From an uncultured Gammaproteobacteria bacterium (lineage in GTDB: Bacteria > Patescibacteriota > Patescibacteriia > Patescibacteriales > UBA12075), in NCBI GenBank assembly GCA_964459725.1, contig CAYWNT010000003.1, forward strand, positions 47,592-111,591: 64,000 nucleotides of DNA, in the 5' to 3' direction. Numbering within the stretch: the stretch's first letter is position 1; every line of letters starts with the position of its first letter. The notes under the pieces are model-generated. The model was not told the DNA's origin and searched no databases. It worked only from the letters and a program-made list of their open reading frames with translations. This document shows positions 9,981-19,608 of this stretch, one piece after another. The position numbers and the translations under genes are program-made.

Positions 9981-10298
9981 TTATTCAACATCGGATAGAA
10001 CAGCATTAACTTCTTCATCAGAAACAAAGGCCTTGGTAACCTGCGCACCTTGGATTTCATCGAAAATTTTTACTACGACATAAATCCCAGTTGTTTTATC
10101 ATCGCCTAAAGTATATTCAGTTATTACACATCTGCCATATGCATTCCAATTCTCATCACGTAGATCCATTGGGACTTTAATTTGATAAAGCCTGTGTCCG
10201 TTTTTGTTAAAACTATATTTTTTGCCAATCTTAAGCGGAGCAGGAATGTCTTTTTTGTCCATCCTAAGGCAAGCTTGTAATTCGAATGGGTTTCCCAT
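9981..10298 (-). CDS. hypothetical protein
   Basis: 105 aa, no motif recognised; the overlapping ORF 10124-10354 is treated as spurious. Confidence 0.5.
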   Translation of the reverse strand: MGNPFELQACLRMDKKDIPAPLKIGKKYSFNKNGHRLYQIKVPMDLRDENWNAYGRCVITEYTLGDDKTTGIYVVVKIFDEIQGAQVTKAFVSDEEVNAVLSDVE

Positions 10299-10386
10299 AT
10301 TTTTTTGTTAGTAGAGATATTTAATAATATTTTTTTGGCGTAGTCAGATATCAAATGTTATCGGATGTAATAACAATTTTTCCTTA

Positions 10387-10866
10387 TTATTTTTTTGACA
10401 ATTTATTTCTTTTTCTTTTTTCGCGTCTAGCAATCCTAATTTGTTTAACGCATTCATTTTTCAATATTCCAGTTTCGATATGTAGTTTGATTTTGGATTT
10501 TTTAGCAATATCAAAAGGTGTGATAAACGGATCCATTGATTTTTCACAAGGCGCACCGAAGTAGTAATGTCTAATTTTGCGCTTCACGCTAGCCGACATA
10601 CACATTGAGCACGATTCAGCATTACTGAAAAGACGCAAACCATTCAGAAACATGGTGTTGAGTTTTTTTCCGGCCTTCCTGAGCAAATTTATTTCAGCGT
10701 GCGCCGTCGGATTATTGGAGGATCTTTGGGTGTTGTGTGCTTTGGCTATTATATTGCCTTGGCTATTGGTTAAAACAGCGCCAAATGGACTATTACCTTT
10801 TTTGACTGCTTTGTCGGCTTCTTTTTGAGCTAGACGTATTAAATTTTGTTTCGTTTTAATATCCAT
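10387..10866 (-). CDS. CMP/dCMP-type zinc deaminase (TadA/guanine-deaminase-like nucleoside or tRNA deaminase)
   Basis: 159 aa; HAE zinc-binding motif (PTAHAEINLL) and PCxxC-type motif (ESCSMCMSAS). Confidence 0.75.
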   Translation of the reverse strand: MDIKTKQNLIRLAQKEADKAVKKGNSPFGAVLTNSQGNIIAKAHNTQRSSNNPTAHAEINLLRKAGKKLNTMFLNGLRLFSNAESCSMCMSASVKRKIRHYYFGAPCEKSMDPFITPFDIAKKSKIKLHIETGILKNECVKQIRIARREKRKRNKLSKK

Positions 10867-10993
10867 AAAAAAAGAAATAAATTTTCAAAAGCTTAGATTT
10901 AAGAAATTTTTATTATTTCCAACAACTGGTTATTATACGAACTTTTTATTGGATAATAATGTAAATTTGTATGTTATGGGAAGTAAATCCAAG

Positions 10994-12313
10994 TTAAACA
11001 TTCTTCCATTCACTACCCTGCCGCACTAGAAGCTCCTTGGCTCGGGTTGGGTCTGCCATTATCTCCAGAACCACCTTCTCCATTCTCACGCCCTGTGATC
11101 CTTTAACTAAGATCAAATCTCCCTTTCCGATTCTCTCCTGGATGAACTTTCCAGCTGCAGCTGAATCAGAAAAATTATAGATATTATCTTTGTTCAGGCC
11201 AGCTTCCTCTGCACCATGCGCGATGGCGCGAGATCGGCTGCCTACTGTAACTAAATAACCAATTCCCGAACTTACTGCGTACTTCCCTATTTTTTTATGC
11301 TCCTCTTCGCTTATACTCCCCAACTCCAGCATATCGCCCAACACCGCGAACTTGGATGCCTTTTCACTTACAGGAACGTCCCTTAGAATGTCTAAAGCGA
11401 CTCTGGATGATTGAGGGGAAGAATTGTAAGTGTCATCAATTATCAATGTATTCTTAATTCCAGGAAGTAACTTCAATCTACCCTTTGGTAGTTCGAAATT
11501 CTCAGTAATAGACTTCGAAATATCATCCATACTCATATCAAACGCCATCCCTACTGCGGCTGCGATCAGGGATGAATAAATTGGCGGAGTGCCTAAAGCA
11601 CCTTTCAAAAAAATAGAAGTAATTTTATCACCAAACTTTATTTCAAAATTCGTTCCAATTTTCTCATTATTTCCTTCCGGCACAAAATTAAATCTAGCAT
11701 TCCGCGCCTGAAAATCAGCCTTTTCATCAAAGCCGAATGTAAAAGACTTTTCCTCTCTTTTTTTAATCAAATCTTCCAAATTTGGATCGTCAGCATTAAA
11801 GACAGCAATACCTCCTTCTTCCATCTCGTCTATGATAACCCCTTTCTCTTTTCTGACGTTCTCTACTGTTCCAAAATACTCAAGATGCGACTGGCCAATC
11901 GTAGTAATCACACCCACCCTGGCTTTAGCAATACTCATGAGATACTTCATGTCCCCTGGCCTATCAATCCCCATTTCCAAAACCAAAACTTCAGGATATT
12001 TCTTGTCTGTTACGATTATCAAGTATAGAGCTCTCAAGAAAACCCCAACCCAACCAAACAAATTCTTGCCAGGTGACTTCACTCCTATAATAGTAAGCGG
12101 GAGTCCAATTTCATTATTGTAGTTTTTTATATTCTTTCTGGCGTTGTATTTCGTTTTCAAAACCGAATATATAGCGTTCTTCGCACTGGTTTTACCCACA
12201 CTTCCTGTCACGCCTACAATTTCCGGCTCATACTTTGCCAAGATGAGTTTTGCTAATATTTTCAATTTTAATTGAATCAGTTTTCTCATATAAAAGATTG
12301 AAATGCCCCACAT
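10994..12313 (-). CDS. murF: UDP-N-acetylmuramoyl-tripeptide--D-alanyl-D-alanine ligase MurF. True start may be the internal Met at 12289.
   Basis: Mur ligase P-loop VGVTGSVGKTS, central and C-terminal Mur ligase domains; position after ftsI in a dcw-type cluster. Confidence 0.85.
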   Translation of the reverse strand: MWGISIFYMRKLIQLKLKILAKLILAKYEPEIVGVTGSVGKTSAKNAIYSVLKTKYNARKNIKNYNNEIGLPLTIIGVKSPGKNLFGWVGVFLRALYLIIVTDKKYPEVLVLEMGIDRPGDMKYLMSIAKARVGVITTIGQSHLEYFGTVENVRKEKGVIIDEMEEGGIAVFNADDPNLEDLIKKREEKSFTFGFDEKADFQARNARFNFVPEGNNEKIGTNFEIKFGDKITSIFLKGALGTPPIYSSLIAAAVGMAFDMSMDDISKSITENFELPKGRLKLLPGIKNTLIIDDTYNSSPQSSRVALDILRDVPVSEKASKFAVLGDMLELGSISEEEHKKIGKYAVSSGIGYLVTVGSRSRAIAHGAEEAGLNKDNIYNFSDSAAAGKFIQERIGKGDLILVKGSQGVRMEKVVLEIMADPTRAKELLVRQGSEWKNV

Positions 12314-12531
12314 ATCATTCCCCTCCTCGGAGGGGAATGTTTATTTTTGCCTGAAGGGTTAAAAAAATAAACTCGGGGTGGGTTAACGAACGTTAATTAA
12401 TATACACTTTCTACTTATTGCAACACGCATTGACCCACCCCGCTCAGGCTCTGCCTGATCTACCCCTCCAAGGAGGGGACTTTATGGACTTTCCTGTCCG
12501 TCCGGCAGGCGGGCGACTTTTGACTGTCTTT
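12314..12531. repeat. GC-rich, hairpin-dense intergenic element between murF and ftsI
   Basis: Hairpins: cattcccctcc-tcgg-aggggaatg (12321-12345); ggggtgggt...acccacccc (9-bp arms ~50 nt apart, ~12376-12450); cccctcc-aagg-aggggac (12462-12479). Two CCCCTCC-N4-GGAGGGG units. Much more GC-rich than the flanks. Confidence 0.4.
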
Positions 12532-14505
12532 TTATCTTTCTTTCGGAATTTGGTAATAGTTTAACATATATTCTGCTAAATCCCCAAAAAGAGGAGCAGC
12601 AGATGAAGCTGAAAATCTAACATTCGCCGGATTGTCTAATTTCACAAGCATCACAAACTTTGGCTCATCAACTGGTGCAAAACCTACAAATGTATGGATC
12701 GTCTTGTCTCCATAACCACCCACATCAGCCACCTGCGCTGTTCCTGTCTTTCCGGCAACATAATATCCTTTTACACCTGCCATTATAGCGTGCCCACCGT
12801 CTACCACGTTTACCATCATACCAGAGAGAAGCATGGCTGCTCTTTCTGATACTACCCTTCTGATTTGACTCGGTACTGTTTTACTACTCTCTCCACTTGG
12901 AGAAACAATCTCGTCAACCAAGTATGGCTTCATAAGTATACCGCCGTTAGCTATCGCTGAGTAAGCCACAACCATCTGGAGTGGCGTCGCTGTAATACCT
13001 TGCCCAAATGAGGCTGTTGCCGCCTCTACTGGCCTGATCGTGTTTCTGGTCAGATTAACTATATTGGTTATACCTTCGGTTTCCAGCTCGATACCAGTCT
13101 TCTCTCCAAAACCAAATTTTTTCACGTAACCTGCAAACACTTCTGGTCCAACTTTGTTCATGGCGAAAATTGTACCGGTATTTAGTGACTCTTCCAGCAC
13201 TGTATTCATATCAACTAAACCATGACCTCCCTTAGTTTCATAATCAGAGTTTTTTATCGGCTTATTCCATCCCTCGACCATTACAAATCCCTTGTCATCG
13301 AAAGGTGTATCCGGCGTTATTTTTTCCTGATCAAGTCCTGATGCCATTGTTATCACCTTAAATATAGAACCAGGTTCATAGCCATCAAAAATAGCAGAGT
13401 TATTATACACATCGCCACTTTCTACCTCATTATAAGTATTTGGGTCATATTTCGGATTTGAGCACATGGCCAGTATCCCTCCGGTTTGGGGATTCATGGC
13501 TATTACAGTACCGCCATCAGCACCATACTTCTCCACTGCTTCTTCCAGTTTTTTACAAGCTGCATACTGAATCGAACGATTTATAGTTAGAATTAAATTA
13601 CTGCCATCCTTTGAGCTATTTAACTCTCTGTCTTTTACAATAATAAGTCCTCCATCTGCTGATCTTTCTGCTTTTATTGAGCCAAATTTTCCAGTCAGCT
13701 CATCATTAAAAAATCCTTCGAGTCCATATCTACCCTTTTGACCGTCAGCATCAAAACCAACAAAACCAGTGATATGGCCCACTATGTCACCCTCTGGATA
13801 ATATCTATGCTTCTCCATGATGTAATCAATCCCAGGAACATTCATCGCCAGGACCTGAGCTAGCTTGTCCTTATCAACCTTTCTTTTTAGAGGCTCATAA
13901 GGATCATTTTTCTTTTCTAATTTTTTTAAATACTCACCGATTATTTTTTCTCTCCTCCACTCAATTTCCAATTCTGTTTTTATCTTTTTAAATTCCTCTC
14001 TTTCGTTTCTCTCTGCTGCCTCCATAAGTTTCAGCTCTCCCTGAGCTGAAACAAAATTTGTGGAAGTAGAGATATTAAAAAAATCGTCTTCTTCCAGGAG
14101 CTCCTCCACCTCTTTTTCAACTAACTCTCTGTCAAAAATTTCATAGAGCTGATCTGCTACCTCACTAGCATTCTTTATTTTTTTCGGAACAGCATAGACC
14201 AGGGCAAACTCCTTGTTTATTGCAATTGGGTAGTGATCGATTTTTTTGTCCTCGCTAATATCCTGCATGAATATCCTGCCTCTTTCAGGCTCGATCTGGT
14301 TAAACACCTGATGCTGATCCAGTGCTAAAGCAGTGTAGAGATCGTGTTTTCTGATCTGTAAATCAAACAATTTATAAACCATTAACATGCACAATAAAAA
14401 AACAATCGCCACTAAAAAATGCAGACGATTATTATGATTCTTTTCACTTTTCCTATTTTCGTATCTTTTTTTGAGCATGGACTCATTAAAGATTAAATAA
14501 TTCAA
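12532..14505 (-). CDS. ftsI: penicillin-binding protein 2/3 family transpeptidase (FtsI-like)
   Basis: 657 aa; N-terminal TM, PBP dimerisation domain, transpeptidase motifs SxxK (GSIFKV) and KTG (GKTGTAQ); dcw-cluster position. Confidence 0.9.
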   Translation of the reverse strand: MNYLIFNESMLKKRYENRKSEKNHNNRLHFLVAIVFLLCMLMVYKLFDLQIRKHDLYTALALDQHQVFNQIEPERGRIFMQDISEDKKIDHYPIAINKEFALVYAVPKKIKNASEVADQLYEIFDRELVEKEVEELLEEDDFFNISTSTNFVSAQGELKLMEAAERNEREEFKKIKTELEIEWRREKIIGEYLKKLEKKNDPYEPLKRKVDKDKLAQVLAMNVPGIDYIMEKHRYYPEGDIVGHITGFVGFDADGQKGRYGLEGFFNDELTGKFGSIKAERSADGGLIIVKDRELNSSKDGSNLILTINRSIQYAACKKLEEAVEKYGADGGTVIAMNPQTGGILAMCSNPKYDPNTYNEVESGDVYNNSAIFDGYEPGSIFKVITMASGLDQEKITPDTPFDDKGFVMVEGWNKPIKNSDYETKGGHGLVDMNTVLEESLNTGTIFAMNKVGPEVFAGYVKKFGFGEKTGIELETEGITNIVNLTRNTIRPVEAATASFGQGITATPLQMVVAYSAIANGGILMKPYLVDEIVSPSGESSKTVPSQIRRVVSERAAMLLSGMMVNVVDGGHAIMAGVKGYYVAGKTGTAQVADVGGYGDKTIHTFVGFAPVDEPKFVMLVKLDNPANVRFSASSAAPLFGDLAEYMLNYYQIPKER

Positions 14506-14535
14506 AGATTTATCTGATCATTAAGTATTTTAATC

Positions 14536-14910
14536 TTATTTAATTGCGACAGCGTCTTTTGAAGCTTTGATGTATTCTACCTCATCTACTTTTACTAATT
14601 CCAGGCTTTCAGCTCTCAGAGATATGTTTTCGTATGATTTTAGGTTCATGGCCATGAGCTCCAGACTTTCATTCTTTTTTGTAATTTCCACTGATTTTTC
14701 TTTTAGTCTCTGCAAAACAAATCCTTTTATGGAAATATCATTCACACTTTCTATATAACACAAACCACTTATTAATACAATAACAACCAGCAACTTATTT
14801 GCTGCTTTTATATAAGTGCCAACGTCTCTTGTTTTTTTCTGATTGTTTTCATTTTTCTTTCCAAAGACGTCCTTAGTATTAAAATAATTTTCTTTTTGTT
14901 TTTGTGTCAT
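14536..14910 (-). CDS. FtsL-like cell division protein
   Basis: 124 aa; one TM followed by a coiled-coil-like region; lies between rsmH and ftsI as in canonical dcw clusters. Confidence 0.5.
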   Translation of the reverse strand: MTQKQKENYFNTKDVFGKKNENNQKKTRDVGTYIKAANKLLVVIVLISGLCYIESVNDISIKGFVLQRLKEKSVEITKKNESLELMAMNLKSYENISLRAESLELVKVDEVEYIKASKDAVAIK

Positions 14911-14997
14911 TTATAAGTGCTGCATCCATGACTCAGTAAATCATGAATTTTTTGTTTTTATTTTTGTGTTAATGCTAAAATTTAGATTGTTTCGCTC

Positions 14998-15954
14998 TTA
15001 TATCCTCTCGACAACCCTCATCTTTGCACTTCTTGAGCGCGGATTTTTTGCAACCTCCCCCTCGCTAGGCAGCAAAACTTTTTTGTTTATTATTTTTATT
15101 TTTGCATGGTGTTCGCAATTGCAAAACAATTCTTTTACATCACAAACACAATCCACGCTCTCTCTTTTGAATGATTTTTTTACTATCCTGTCTTCCAGGC
15201 TATGATAAGAAATAACCACACATCTACCGCCCTTTTTTAATAAATCAATGGCCTGTGGCAGCGCCTCTTCGAGGCCTCCTAGTTCATCATTGGTTGCTAT
15301 ACGAAGTGCCTGAAATGTCCGAGTTGCAAAGTGAATCTTGGTATGCTTTGCCCTCTCAGGTATTGAATCTTCTATGATACTAATAAGCTCTCCCGTGGTT
15401 TTAATCCTTTTGTTTTTTCTTGCCACTACAATTCCTCTCGCAATTGATGACGCATATCTCTCCTCTCCGTATTCCTTGATAATTTTTTTTAAGTTTTCAA
15501 AATTCCATCTATTTACTATTTTCTCTGTATTCAAATTTTTAAAATCTTCACGCTCCTCTCCAAATCTCATGTCTAGCGGACTATCCACTTTGAAAGAAAT
15601 TCCTCGGCTATCATCATCGAGCTGAGCGCTAGATAAGCCAAGGTCAAATACGATCCCGTCAAATTTTTTACCTTTGAATAGTTTATTGTCATCTACTATT
15701 TGTTTTAAATTTCTATAATTATTATTTACTAATTCAATATTTGAAATATTTTCTTCTTTTTTCCTTTCCTCCACTTTTTCAATCGCCAATTTATCCATAT
15801 CAATCCCAAGCACTCTTCCCTGCTTTGCCCCTCGGGCAATCTGGAGAGCATATCCACCGCCGCCAAGCGTACAATCAATATAATATCCATCTTTTTTTAA
15901 CAAGAGATATTCCAGGGCCTCATCTAGCATTACCGGTATGTGTTTGTATTCCAT
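14998..15954 (-). CDS. rsmH: 16S rRNA (cytosine1402-N4)-methyltransferase RsmH/MraW
   Basis: 318 aa; MEYKHIPVMLDEALEYL...DCTLGGGGYA SAM-binding motif. Confidence 0.95.
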   Translation of the reverse strand: MEYKHIPVMLDEALEYLLLKKDGYYIDCTLGGGGYALQIARGAKQGRVLGIDMDKLAIEKVEERKKEENISNIELVNNNYRNLKQIVDDNKLFKGKKFDGIVFDLGLSSAQLDDDSRGISFKVDSPLDMRFGEEREDFKNLNTEKIVNRWNFENLKKIIKEYGEERYASSIARGIVVARKNKRIKTTGELISIIEDSIPERAKHTKIHFATRTFQALRIATNDELGGLEEALPQAIDLLKKGGRCVVISYHSLEDRIVKKSFKRESVDCVCDVKELFCNCEHHAKIKIINKKVLLPSEGEVAKNPRSRSAKMRVVERI

Positions 15955-16175
15955 TTAAAAAAATTTAAGACTGTTGTTCAAAAACAACAGTCTTTTTATA
16001 AAACTAGGGCACGCGCACGCTCATATACTACTCTGTGTAATTCACGAGTATCAACTAGCGGTGCTTTAATAACACGCACTCTTAAAGATTTAGAATTAGC
16101 GGCATGGGGACGACACTTAATCCTCTTTGTCATAATTTGTTTTTGTTTTTATTTTTTAATTTTTTGTTGTGATTT

Positions 16176-16607
16176 CTATACTCCCAGATCAGCTAGTGTT
16201 TCTGCAATTTCGGTGCTTTCGTTTTCAGCACTTTCTTTGTACTTGGTCCAATCTTCTTCGTTCCAGATTTCCAAACGATCATAAAGCCCAGCCACCACCA
16301 CCTTTTTGCTCAATTTTGCAAAACTTCTTAAATATTCCGGCAATGTGACTCTTCCCTGATTATCAAACTCAACATCCATAGCTCCGGCAAGCATCAAGCG
16401 AGAAAACGCTCTGGCCTTGGCCTGGCTAATAGGTAAATTTGCAAATTTCTCAGCAATACGACTCCACTCCTTTCTTGAATACAAAAAAAGACAGCTGTCT
16501 AAACCTCTAGTTACAACTGCGCCATCTTCGAGTAATTGACGGAACTTTGCTGGAATCGCCAACCTCCCTTTATTATCTATATTGTGGTTATATTCTCCAA
16601 TAAACAT
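16176..16607 (-). CDS. mraZ: transcriptional regulator MraZ
   Basis: 143 aa; duplicated MraZ/SpoVT-AbrB-like domains (MFIGEYNHNIDNKGRLAIPAKFR ... QGRVTLPEYLR). Confidence 0.95.
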   Translation of the reverse strand: MFIGEYNHNIDNKGRLAIPAKFRQLLEDGAVVTRGLDSCLFLYSRKEWSRIAEKFANLPISQAKARAFSRLMLAGAMDVEFDNQGRVTLPEYLRSFAKLSKKVVVAGLYDRLEIWNEEDWTKYKESAENESTEIAETLADLGV

Positions 16608-16676
16608 TTTAGAGGCTTTTTTTTAAATTCGATTAATACTAAGGCGTGGGAGAAGTCAGAAAAAAGTGTTCTTTTC

Positions 16677-16936
16677 TGACCCCTTCTTCGTCTTAATTTT
16701 TTTCCTTGATAGGCTCAAGGAGGGCCTAATTTTGTTTTTCTGTCAGCGTTTAAATGTCTAGGCTGACAATGCAATTTTTGTTTTTGTGTTTATTTTTGTT
16801 TTAAGAGACTGTAGTTAAATCTATTATTTAACAACTGTCCCTGAAAACAAACCTGAGATAATCGTCCTAAGACCCAGGAGGAGTCTACTCTTGCCGTTAA
16901 CCGATCAAGTTTAGACCCCTTCTTCGCCTTAATTTG
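16677..16936. repeat. imperfect direct repeats in the ~630-bp mraZ upstream region
   Basis: gaccccttcttcgtcttaattt (16677-16698) and gaccccttcttcgccttaatttg (16914-16936), 21/22 identical and 237 bp apart. Each is followed by a ttttgtttttNtg motif, and both units end with tatttttgttttaa (16789-16803, 17049-17063). A 9-bp-stem hairpin sits at 16635-16662 (gtcagaaaa...ttttctgac). Confidence 0.4.
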
Positions 16937-17236
16937 TCTCTCAATTAAGAGAGTTTTTGTTTTTGGTTCGGAATTATAGCACCCGAACTAGCTATCCCTT
17001 TGTTGTAATTTCTAGGGATTTTCTGAACTTAATCAGATTTTTTTTATATTTATTTTTGTTTTAATTACGCTAATGATTTCCACCCTGACGCTACTTTCCT
17101 TTCATCATCATTTTTTGAATTTGCCTCAATTCCCCACTTTTCACCAATCTACTCTAATTATACACCACTTTTTGCCTAATGTCAACTATCATAAAACGCT
17201 TATAAGTTATACTAACATTAGCCATTTTTTAAAAAT

Positions 17237-17275
17237 AAAAAAAACCACTTATTAACAAGTGGTGAATTTTTTTCT
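17237..17275. terminator. bidirectional-looking terminator downstream of tsaB
   Basis: aaaaaaa-ccactt-attaac-aagtgg-tgaattttttt: 6-7 bp stem flanked by an A-run and a T-run. Confidence 0.45.
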
Positions 17276-17358
17276 TACTTTAACTAAAAATTACGATTTT
17301 TCCACAAAAACAGGCAAACAAACTATCACTGTCCGCCGTTACTGGCGGATGTTATGTG

Positions 17359-17724
17359 TTATGTAATATTCGGCTCCCTATTATATTCTGGCTCAACAAC
17401 GTCAAATTTACCTGACTCCCCTTTTGATTTACACTCTTTGCCCGACATAGGCTCAACCGGAATTCCCAAGGCATATCCCAGGGTATTGGCTGTCAAAATG
17501 CCAATTCTCAATGCTGTAAAACCCTCTCCCCCAGCCTCAACCTGAATTTTCTCAATCTGATCCAAGTTTATATTATTTTTTCTGAGCATATTATCAATCT
17601 CTGGAAGCAATTTCTCTGCCTGATTTCTATCAGTCTCAAAAACAAGAGCATCTATCACATCTCCTTTGTTTAAAACTCCAATCTTGAATAAATTATTTTT
17701 TGATGTGTCAATTTGTAATATCAT
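17359..17724 (-). CDS. tsaB: tRNA threonylcarbamoyladenosine biosynthesis protein TsaB (YeaZ)-like, short form
   Basis: 121 aa; MILQIDTS...IGVL start and GGEGFTALRIGILTANTLGYALGIP match the TsaB/YeaZ N-terminal half. The C-terminal half present in ~230-aa TsaB proteins is absent. Confidence 0.65.
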   Translation of the reverse strand: MILQIDTSKNNLFKIGVLNKGDVIDALVFETDRNQAEKLLPEIDNMLRKNNINLDQIEKIQVEAGGEGFTALRIGILTANTLGYALGIPVEPMSGKECKSKGESGKFDVVEPEYNREPNIT

Positions 17725-17892
17725 AAAAACTTATATCCGAAATTTAATCTAGAAAAATTTGAAAAATTAAGATTTGGTATTTAAAATTTGTTTAGTATTT
17801 AGAACTTAGTGCTTAAAACTTGAAAAATAAAACACCCGATGTCTACAATATATCATTAACATCGGGTGCTTGGCAATCTGCCTAGTAAAATA

Positions 17893-19194
17893 TTAGTGAA
17901 TCACAAAAGAAACCTGATAAGACAGCTGAGAATCAACTCCCATTACTTTCAAAACATAAGTTCCTGGATTAACTTTCGGAATAAAGAATTCCAGACCACC
18001 CTGTCCGATATTATCTGCTCCAATAGAATAAGTTCTTCCTGCCATACTAACTTCAACCTGTTCATTTGGCCAGAAGCCATAGAAATCAACATCTACAGTA
18101 TCATTTCCACTTGAGAAAGTATATGTCTTGGACACATCCATTCTTAGTTCACCATAAGCTTTTGCACTGTATTTTGGTCTATATTTATACTGTTGCAAGA
18201 ATTTCAAATTCTCATCCATCTCCAAAATTGATGTTTTATTTAGTACGAATACTCTATTTCCTTGAGTTACCTCTCCGGCAACCACTCCCTTTGCCCATGA
18301 TCCTTCACCGAATTTTTTACCATTTGCTGTTTTATAGAATCCAAGTTTTTCAAAATTATTACTCATCTTTGTAACTCCGTATCCGTTTACATAGAAAATA
18401 TCACCATTTGCTAGAGTGCTCACTGCATTACTATGAACTGTTCCTTCTTTTGCTGGATTTGTATAGACGTCAAAGATGTTAAATCCAGTTCCAACCTTGG
18501 TTAGATTATTATCACCAAGGAAATAAACATTACCTTTTTCATCTATTCCTGGATTTCTTCTGTTTCCTTTGAAATTTTCTAGCGGATATTCACCTAGAAC
18601 ATTTCCTGTTTCAATGTCATAGATAACACCTTTATCGCTTGTAATTGCTGCGAGAAGATCTCCTTTTACAGCCAGCCCAAAACAATCGTCTCTGTTGTAA
18701 GTTTTGTCAACGAAATAATTACTCTTCTCAAATCTTCTAAGACCTTTTGATCCGGCGATAAATAGATATTTATCATTTCCGGTCATTGCTCTGGCATACC
18801 CAATCGCTCTATGACCTTTTCTATATTGATATAGATCTCTTCTGAGCACTATAGAAGGAAAGAAAGGATTGTTGATATCATACTTCACCAAGTACTGCCC
18901 GGTGGCAACTACTAGGAATACCCCGTCCTTTTCATAAGTAACAAATAAGTCATTCACTCTTTCTGAGCCTCCGAATTCACTTACTTGTGTTATTCTGTCA
19001 TTTTCAATAATTTCCAGAATCTCAATAGAGCTAGCACTGCCGGCTACTAGGTAATTTTTACCCTCGATAGTCGCCAGAACACCCTTGCCATATTCTTTCG
19101 CTTCTTGAGCGCTTCCCCCTTGATAAGCAAACACTCCTCCGAGTGATATAACTGCGACCAATAAAATTAGTAAAATTTTTCTTAATTTGATCAT
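17893..19194 (-). CDS. secreted hypothetical protein (signal peptide; probably beta-rich repeat fold)
   Basis: 433 aa; N-terminal signal/TM (ILLILLVAVISLGGVFA); no catalytic motif recognised. Confidence 0.55.
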   Translation of the reverse strand: MIKLRKILLILLVAVISLGGVFAYQGGSAQEAKEYGKGVLATIEGKNYLVAGSASSIEILEIIENDRITQVSEFGGSERVNDLFVTYEKDGVFLVVATGQYLVKYDINNPFFPSIVLRRDLYQYRKGHRAIGYARAMTGNDKYLFIAGSKGLRRFEKSNYFVDKTYNRDDCFGLAVKGDLLAAITSDKGVIYDIETGNVLGEYPLENFKGNRRNPGIDEKGNVYFLGDNNLTKVGTGFNIFDVYTNPAKEGTVHSNAVSTLANGDIFYVNGYGVTKMSNNFEKLGFYKTANGKKFGEGSWAKGVVAGEVTQGNRVFVLNKTSILEMDENLKFLQQYKYRPKYSAKAYGELRMDVSKTYTFSSGNDTVDVDFYGFWPNEQVEVSMAGRTYSIGADNIGQGGLEFFIPKVNPGTYVLKVMGVDSQLSYQVSFVIH

Positions 19195-19412
19195 ATATTT
19201 TCTTTAATTAGTTCTTTAAATATATTTTAATAGTATTTATAAATTCTTAATGAATTATTCATTGAGTGATGTTATCATAAAAAATATTAAAAGTCAATAC
19301 CCATTTACCAAATTTCATAATTATCATAAAACATTTATATTAAACTAATATTAAACAAAAATAATTAATTTATTAAGGATAAATAAACAAGTAGAATTTT
19401 GACAAAAACTAC

Positions 19413-19448
19413 TTGACAAAAAAATTTTTTGTGCTAATATGTAATATC
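19413..19448 (+). promoter_or_regulatory. strong sigma-70-like promoter with ~160-nt leader upstream of the lipoprotein gene
   Basis: TTGACA (19413-19418), 16 nt spacer, TAATAT (19435-19440), second TAATAT at 19443-19448. The leader contains short uORFs, one with a strong GAGGAGGG RBS. Confidence 0.45.
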
Positions 19449-19608
19449 AGTCAAAATACTGATAAATGAGGGATAAGTGATGAAGGTCTTTGAAAATTTT
19501 AAAAATATGTACTAGTAAAGTACTTGATGATATATGAGGAGGGAAAATGAAGAATGATGACTACCAGCAATCAAACCCAAATCCAATTTAGACAAGAAGG
19601 AGGATAAG

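Noticed and set aside
10124-10866. ORFs 10124-10354(-), 10355-10564(+) and 10577-10828(+) overlapping the deaminase and the 9981-10298 gene
   Set aside because: They overlap better-supported genes (HAE/PCxxC deaminase) on the opposite strand or out of frame; no signals.
15940-16284. 114-aa plus-strand ORF spanning the rsmH-mraZ spacer and the mraZ 3' end
   Set aside because: Antisense to mraZ and has low-complexity hydrophobic sequence; no RBS.
16608-17360. Search for RNase P RNA, tmRNA, SRP RNA or 6S RNA in the long mraZ upstream region and other long spacers (19200-19608, 43035-43647)
   Set aside because: None of the conserved signature strings I remember (RNase P P4 AGGAAAGTCCGGGCTC, tmRNA GGGGCUGAUUCUGGAUUCGACGGG, SRP GGUGCUGUUUACCAGG) are present. 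These spacers look like AT-rich promoter/leader DNA.
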